From: Ignavibacteriota bacterium
Lineage (GTDB): Bacteria > Bacteroidota > Ignavibacteria > UBA10030
Assembly (NCBI GenBank): GCA_963701295.1
Contig: OY969585.1
Location: forward strand, 1 to 64,000
Direction: 5' to 3'
Length of the DNA stretch: 64,000 nt
Shown: in pieces, positions 59,090 through 64,000 of the stretch
Position numbering within the stretch: the stretch's first letter is position 1
How the letters are laid out: every line of letters begins with the position of its first letter
Notes under the pieces: model-generated
Told to the model about the DNA's origin: nothing
The model's input: the letters and a program-made list of their open reading frames with translations, nothing else
Databases searched by the model: none
Program-made: the position numbers and the translations under genes

Positions 59090-60789
59090 AACTTCTCGAT
59101 TGGATTGTGCTTGCAATAACTCTCCTCTCAATCGTTCTCTATGGAACGTGGAAAGGTCGCGGAAGTCGAAACATCAAAGGTTTTCTGCTGGCAGATAGGT
59201 CGATGAAGTGGTACACAGTAGCTCTTTCGATCATGGCGACCCAAGCAAGCGCTGTGACCTTCACATCGACCCCAGGTCAAGCATATGTAGATGGAATGCG
59301 ATTTGTTCAGTTCTATTTCGGTTTGCCAATTGCAATGGTAATTCTTTGCATCACTGTCGTACCAATCTTCCATAGGCTTGGAGTCTATACAGCATATGAA
59401 TATCTTGAAAAACGTTTCGATACAAAAACTAGAGTCTTGACAACTCTGATCTTTCTTGTCTCACGAGGACTTGCTGCCGGTATCACTATCTATGCACCGT
59501 CACTTCTTCTTTCTGTCATGCTTGGTGTGAATATTCAAGTCACAGCTTTTATTATCGGCGGCGTTGTCATAATCTACACAACATCCGGAGGAGTCAAAGC
59601 CGTTAATTATACAGATTTTCTCCAGCTCATTATTGTGATAGCCGGAATGTGTATTGCGTTCGGTATGGCGCTTTACTTGCTTCCCAAAGAAGTTTCCTTC
59701 ACCGATGCTCTTTCTATATCTGCCGTTATGGGAAAATTGAATGCAATAGATCTCTCGCTTGATTTTAGCAATCGGTACAACGTATGGTCAGGCATGATTG
59801 GCGGTATGTTTGTCGCACTTGCATATTTCGGAACAGATCAATCACAGGTACAGCGGTATCTGACCGGCCAATCAGTCTCGCAAAGTCGTCTCGCGCTCTT
59901 ATTCAACGGCTTGGCAAAAGTGCCGATGCAATTCTTTATCCTATTCATTGGAGTTATGGTATTCGTATTTTTCCAATTTGTTCAACCTCCATTGATATTT
60001 AACCCGGTTGAGGCAGGAAAAGTAAAAGAACAAACTCAAGTTTTCCATCAATTAGAAGAGAAGCATAAGAAGTTATTTCTGGAAAAATCGGAAGTGATAC
60101 ATGAATACCTTAATGCCAAACATCAGCATAATGAAAAAATAATTCTAGAGAAGAAAACAGATTTGCAGCAAATCCAGCAGCGATACGATGCTGTCCGTAA
60201 AGAAGCCTCCAACCTCAGTGCAACTCATGAGAATGAATCCAATTCAAGTGACACAAATTTTATTTTCTTGACATTTGTGTTCACGTACTTACCTGCGGGA
60301 TTAGTAGGATTAATTTTTGCATGCATTTTCACAGCGTCTATGTCTTCATCATCTGGCGAGTTAAGCGCTTTGGCGACAATCTCAATTATTGATATATATA
60401 AACGGTTCATCAAGCGCGAAGCAAGTGAAAAGCATTATCTCGTGGTCTCACGAATTATGATGGCATTCTGGGGTTTGTACGGAATTATGTTCGCACAATA
60501 CGCGGGCAAAATGGGATCTCTGGTAGAGGCAGTAAACATTCTTGGTTCATTATTTTACGGAACAATGCTCGGCATATTTGTTCTTGCGTTCTCTTTCAAG
60601 TCGGTAAGAGGAACATCTGTCTTCATTGGTGCCTTGACCGGTGAGGCCGTAGTTTTATATTGCTTTCAATTCACATCCGTCGCCTGGTTATGGTATAATG
60701 TTATTGGATGTTTTGTTGTGGTGGGTGTTGGAATAATTCTTTCTGCTTTCAAGAAAAACAGAGCCATTCAGAGTCTGACATCATCGTAG
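59086..60789 (+). CDS. Sodium:solute symporter (SSS family)
   Basis: SIMATQASAVTF, TAYEYLEKRFD, YFGTDQSQVQRYL, ASMSS. Confidence 0.93.
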   Translation: MKLLDWIVLAITLLSIVLYGTWKGRGSRNIKGFLLADRSMKWYTVALSIMATQASAVTFTSTPGQAYVDGMRFVQFYFGLPIAMVILCITVVPIFHRLGVYTAYEYLEKRFDTKTRVLTTLIFLVSRGLAAGITIYAPSLLLSVMLGVNIQVTAFIIGGVVIIYTTSGGVKAVNYTDFLQLIIVIAGMCIAFGMALYLLPKEVSFTDALSISAVMGKLNAIDLSLDFSNRYNVWSGMIGGMFVALAYFGTDQSQVQRYLTGQSVSQSRLALLFNGLAKVPMQFFILFIGVMVFVFFQFVQPPLIFNPVEAGKVKEQTQVFHQLEEKHKKLFLEKSEVIHEYLNAKHQHNEKIILEKKTDLQQIQQRYDAVRKEASNLSATHENESNSSDTNFIFLTFVFTYLPAGLVGLIFACIFTASMSSSSGELSALATISIIDIYKRFIKREASEKHYLVVSRIMMAFWGLYGIMFAQYAGKMGSLVEAVNILGSLFYGTMLGIFVLAFSFKSVRGTSVFIGALTGEAVVLYCFQFTSVAWLWYNVIGCFVVVGVGIILSAFKKNRAIQSLTSS

Positions 60790-60825
60790 CCATTTCGGAA
60801 AGAAGTTTTTCAACTAGATATAAAA

Positions 60826-60859
60826 ACGCCTTCCTAAAAAAGTGATTTCCTGGAAGGCG
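60826..60859. terminator. Hairpin between convergent genes
   Basis: CGCCTTCC...GGAAGGCG with an A-run on the left (T-tail on the minus strand). Confidence 0.55.
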
Positions 60860-60878
60860 CCTGTTCAAATCTTCATTC

Positions 60879-61709
60879 TTACTTCTTTGATTTCCAATCA
60901 ACAATCATCTTTTCAAGCATAGTTGTATTTGCCTTTGGATCCTTTGCCTTTGCAACCTTAACAGCTTCTTCGGCTATCGGAATTGCATCATTGACTTTAC
61001 CCAATTGTGCAAGAAGCTCAGCTTTGGTCTGGAGATTGCGTTCATTCTTCTCAATCATGATAGAGCGCTCAGCCCAACTAAGCCCTTCCTCAATGTACAT
61101 TTTATTATCTAATGCAAACCGTGCCGCGCCATTGAGCAATTGCCATGTTCCAACGGATGATTGAATTTTTGCGAGTACATTGAACTCGATCTTAAAACTT
61201 AATCGGATTTTTTCCCATGCAAGTACAATACGGGCAGATGCTGGAGCCAAATCGGTAAAACTAAAAGACATCCATTCTTCCAGCGGCCCTTCTTCTGGTT
61301 TTACCAATATCTTGAGTGAATCATACTTCGCATCATATACAGTCCCCCAATTCTTGATCTCTGAGTTGAATATCAACGACCAGTCTCCTGTCTTTGACGG
61401 AATTACTACAAACCGATATGTTCCCGCACCGAGTTTCTTTCCTCCGATGGTTACATCATCACTAAAAGTAAATAGAGTTGGCTCGTTAGCGCCTGCACGC
61501 CAAACTTCGTCATACTTTAGAAGATTGCCCCAAACTTCACGCCCTTTTACACCCGGCCGATGATAAGAAATTGACACTTCACTTAAGCCAATAATCTGAG
61601 AGACTTTAGCTCCCTGGCTAATCCTTGGCACGCGCAATTGTGTTTGTCCGTTCATCAATGTAACAATGAAAGCAGCGGCAAGCAGCATAGAAAAAGTTTT
61701 TTTAACCAT
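60879..61709 (-). CDS. DUF2911 family exported protein with TPR-like tail
   Basis: YHRPGVKGREVWG.L..Y..VWRAGANE, L.AGTY, WGT.YD. Confidence 0.88.
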   Translation of the reverse strand: MVKKTFSMLLAAAFIVTLMNGQTQLRVPRISQGAKVSQIIGLSEVSISYHRPGVKGREVWGNLLKYDEVWRAGANEPTLFTFSDDVTIGGKKLGAGTYRFVVIPSKTGDWSLIFNSEIKNWGTVYDAKYDSLKILVKPEEGPLEEWMSFSFTDLAPASARIVLAWEKIRLSFKIEFNVLAKIQSSVGTWQLLNGAARFALDNKMYIEEGLSWAERSIMIEKNERNLQTKAELLAQLGKVNDAIPIAEEAVKVAKAKDPKANTTMLEKMIVDWKSKK

Positions 61710-61937
61710 ATGACATCTCCTTTAGATTAGTATGAGATTGAAACACAAACTATAACAATCATAACAATCAAACGATTCCCATTTTTTAAGGAATTTGATA
61801 AATAAAGTCTGCTCTATTGAGGATTTCCACAAAACCCAAGCTGTAAGTTATACGAATTAGCATTAATTCCAATACGGCTTCGTTGTCCATTAATAGCTCA
61901 TATAAGAAGAGAGTCATTCGCCTTGAGGGCTGTCTTT

Positions 61938-62627
61938 CTATGCCTTGAATCGATATCCCACGCCGGGAACAGTCTCAATATACTCTGCACAGGTGCCAAG
62001 CTTCTCACGAATCTTTCGGATATGAACATCAACTGTCCTATCCACAACATGAACATTTTCCCCCCAGACTGCATTAAGAATGGATTCCCGCGAAAGCACT
62101 CTTCCTTTATTGCGGATGAGATACACAAGGGTTTCAAATTCTTTCCTCGGGAGCGTAAGTTTTTGTTTCCCAAGATGCGCCGTGTAGCTTGCAACGTTAA
62201 TTTCCAAATCCCTTAGTTTTATAATATCGTCTTGAGCCAATGTTTCTTTGGCGGATAGTTCTTTTCTGCGAAGCGCGGCATGCACACGTGCAACGATCTT
62301 TCCAATCTTGACAGGCTTTACGATGTAATCGTCTGCACCGACTTCTAGCCCTACAATTTCGTCTGTCTCCGATCCCTTCGCTGTAAGAAAAAGCACGGGA
62401 ATAGTTGCTGTTTTCTTTTCCTTTTTCAGCTCCTGGATAACTTGAAGCCCATTCATCTCGGGCATCATCACATCGAGAATAATCAGATCCGGTTTCTGTT
62501 TTGCATGGTCCAAAGCATCACGGCCATTACGAGCTGTAATAACAGAGAAGCCTTCTTTCGCAAGATTATAGGATAAGAGATCGACGATGTCTTTTTCGTC
62601 ATCAACGACAAGTATCGTTTTCTTCAT
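61938..62627 (-). CDS. phoB: PhoB/PhoP-family response regulator (copy 2, no adjacent kinase)
   Basis: 229 aa, 24 substitutions relative to copy 1 by manual alignment. Confidence 0.88.
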   Translation of the reverse strand: MKKTILVVDDEKDIVDLLSYNLAKEGFSVITARNGRDALDHAKQKPDLIILDVMMPEMNGLQVIQELKKEKKTATIPVLFLTAKGSETDEIVGLEVGADDYIVKPVKIGKIVARVHAALRRKELSAKETLAQDDIIKLRDLEINVASYTAHLGKQKLTLPRKEFETLVYLIRNKGRVLSRESILNAVWGENVHVVDRTVDVHIRKIREKLGTCAEYIETVPGVGYRFKA

Positions 62628-62656
62628 AAGACTCTGAATATTATTAAACCATTGAT

Positions 62657-62740
62657 AATATAGATGAGTATATCTCCTCTTTCAAGTAGTTTGCAAAAAG
62701 GCTCCATTTTTTTAATAAATATTTAACAATTCGTTAATAC
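62657..62740. promoter_or_regulatory. phoB copy 2 promoter and Pho-box-like direct repeats
   Basis: Minus TTGAAA-17-TATATT (62657-62685); TTAATA/TTAACA/TTAATA at 62712, 62723, 62734 (11-bp period). Confidence 0.6.
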
Positions 62741-62786
62741 CTATCCTTTTAATTCTGTTTAACTTGATAACGATAAATTAACAGTT

Positions 62787-62987
62787 ATGCCTATAGACGA
62801 TCAAGTAAACAACAAATCAGAAGAATATTCTTCGTTTTTCTTACAATTAGTAAACAAACATCTCCCTAGTGATGATGCTTATGAAGAAGAACGGTCTATG
62901 GGCACAAAAGAATTCATTCTTTGGTTAGTTGGGATAACATCTGGACTTTTTTTTCTCCGAGCCATCTTTTCTCTCCTCTTTCAATAA
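62787..62987 (+). CDS. Small protein with one C-terminal TM helix
   Basis: 66-aa ORF, acidic N-terminus then hydrophobic helix; follows the Pho-box-like repeats. Confidence 0.5.
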   Translation: MPIDDQVNNKSEEYSSFFLQLVNKHLPSDDAYEEERSMGTKEFILWLVGITSGLFFLRAIFSLLFQ

Positions 62988-63098
62988 TCCTGATTTTCCG
63001 CTTTCCCGCCTCCGTTTCATAACAAATCAATAACCGTTACATCATCTTCAGGTAATATACTTTTTTTATATTGAATACGATTAGAAAAGGAGTAAAAT

Positions 63099-64000
63099 AT
63101 GCGTATTGCATATTTCAATGCTAACTTAAAGGTAGGTCAAGATGGTGTTACCCGCGTCGTCTATAAAATGATTGAGGGAGCACTTGAACGTAATCATGAA
63201 GCAATTGCGATTACTTCCATCCTGCCGGAATCATGGCAGCAGCCAATTCCAATGTTTAAGGTTCCTTCGGTTGTAATACCAATGCATAAAGAGTATCGAA
63301 TTGCATTACCGGGGTACCAATCTTTTGCGAAGATACTCCAGAAATTTCAACCAGATATCTTGCACATCAATAGTCCTTGTACGCTTGGTTTCGGAGCAGC
63401 GAAATATGCCCAGCACTTTCAAGTGCCGGTTGTTGCAACGTATCATACACATTTCCCTACATATCCGCGTTATTTCAACCTGACAAAACTTGAGGATTTG
63501 ACGTGGAGAATATCGCGTCGTTTCTACAATAATGTAGATAGAACGTTTGTACCTACGAAACCGATTCTCAATGAACTGACCAGGCATGAAATTCTTCGTC
63601 TGCAATACCTTCCTAATGGTGTCGATACAGGTTTGTTTACACCGGAACGCAGAAGCGAGGCATGGCGGGCGTGTTTCGGCCAAGGGAACAAGCCCATCGT
63701 CCTGTTCGTCAGCCGGTTGGTGTGGGAAAAAGATTTGCGTGTGTTGGTCGAAGCATATCGACACCTCAAAGCAAAACGAAACGATTTCGAAATGGTGATC
63801 GTGGGGGATGGTCACGCTCGTGCACAGTTTGAACAAATGATGCCGGGCGCACACTTCCTAGGATATCAGACAGGTGTCACACTTGCAGAGAGCTTTGCTT
63901 CTGCAGACATCTTTGTATTTCCCTCTACAACGGAAACATTCGGCTTAGTAACATTAGAAGCAATGGCTTCCGGATTAACTCCAGTCGCAGCTAAAATGGG
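63099..64000 (+). CDS. GT4 family glycosyltransferase (partial, runs off the right edge)
   Basis: Manual translation: MRIAYFNANLKVGQDGVTR..PDILHINSPCTLG..VVATYHTHF..NGVDTGLF..VSRLVWEK..FPSTTETFGLVTLEAMASG; missing from the ORF track. Confidence 0.92.
   Translation, partial: MRIAYFNANLKVGQDGVTRVVYKMIEGALERNHEAIAITSILPESWQQPIPMFKVPSVVIPMHKEYRIALPGYQSFAKILQKFQPDILHINSPCTLGFGAAKYAQHFQVPVVATYHTHFPTYPRYFNLTKLEDLTWRISRRFYNNVDRTFVPTKPILNELTRHEILRLQYLPNGVDTGLFTPERRSEAWRACFGQGNKPIVLFVSRLVWEKDLRVLVEAYRHLKAKRNDFEMVIVGDGHARAQFEQMMPGAHFLGYQTGVTLAESFASADIFVFPSTTETFGLVTLEAMASGLTPVAAKM

Noticed and set aside
63301-63854. ORF-track entries of 60-182 aa
   Set aside because: Shadows of the plus-strand GT4 gene, which is open to the window end

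Overview
Bacterial chromosome segment, most consistent with an Ignavibacteria/Chlorobi-Bacteroidota-type organism (T9SS C-terminal sorting domain, three-subunit sdhCAB, MGQQQ pilin-like family, TTGANN-17-TATATT promoters). Core and signalling content: a hybrid histidine-kinase pair apparently co-transcribed with a HerA/DUF87 ATPase (runs off the left edge, absent from the ORF track), uxaC, a cold-shock protein, terC, a sigma54 two-component system followed by a STAS-exbB-exbD-exbD-tonB-PstS-like-TPR-lipoprotein operon, obgE, a 1216-aa TPR protein, sdhCAB, ftsX, pheA, recR, ybaB, tRNA-Asn, several peptidases, two near-identical phoB copies with one phoR, a PIG-L/small protein/sodium-solute symporter triad and a GT4 glycosyltransferase (runs off the right edge). 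The most unusual part is about 28.0-32.75 kb: co-oriented short unrelated genes separated by degenerate attC-like sites and four copies of a 26-bp motif, read as a decayed integrase-less integron cassette array that includes a broken AbiJ-type gene. Many intergenic gaps hold small gene remnants (kdgK, kduD, APC permease, receiver domain, GIY-YIG, NmrA). All family assignments come from motif recognition by eye; no searches were run.
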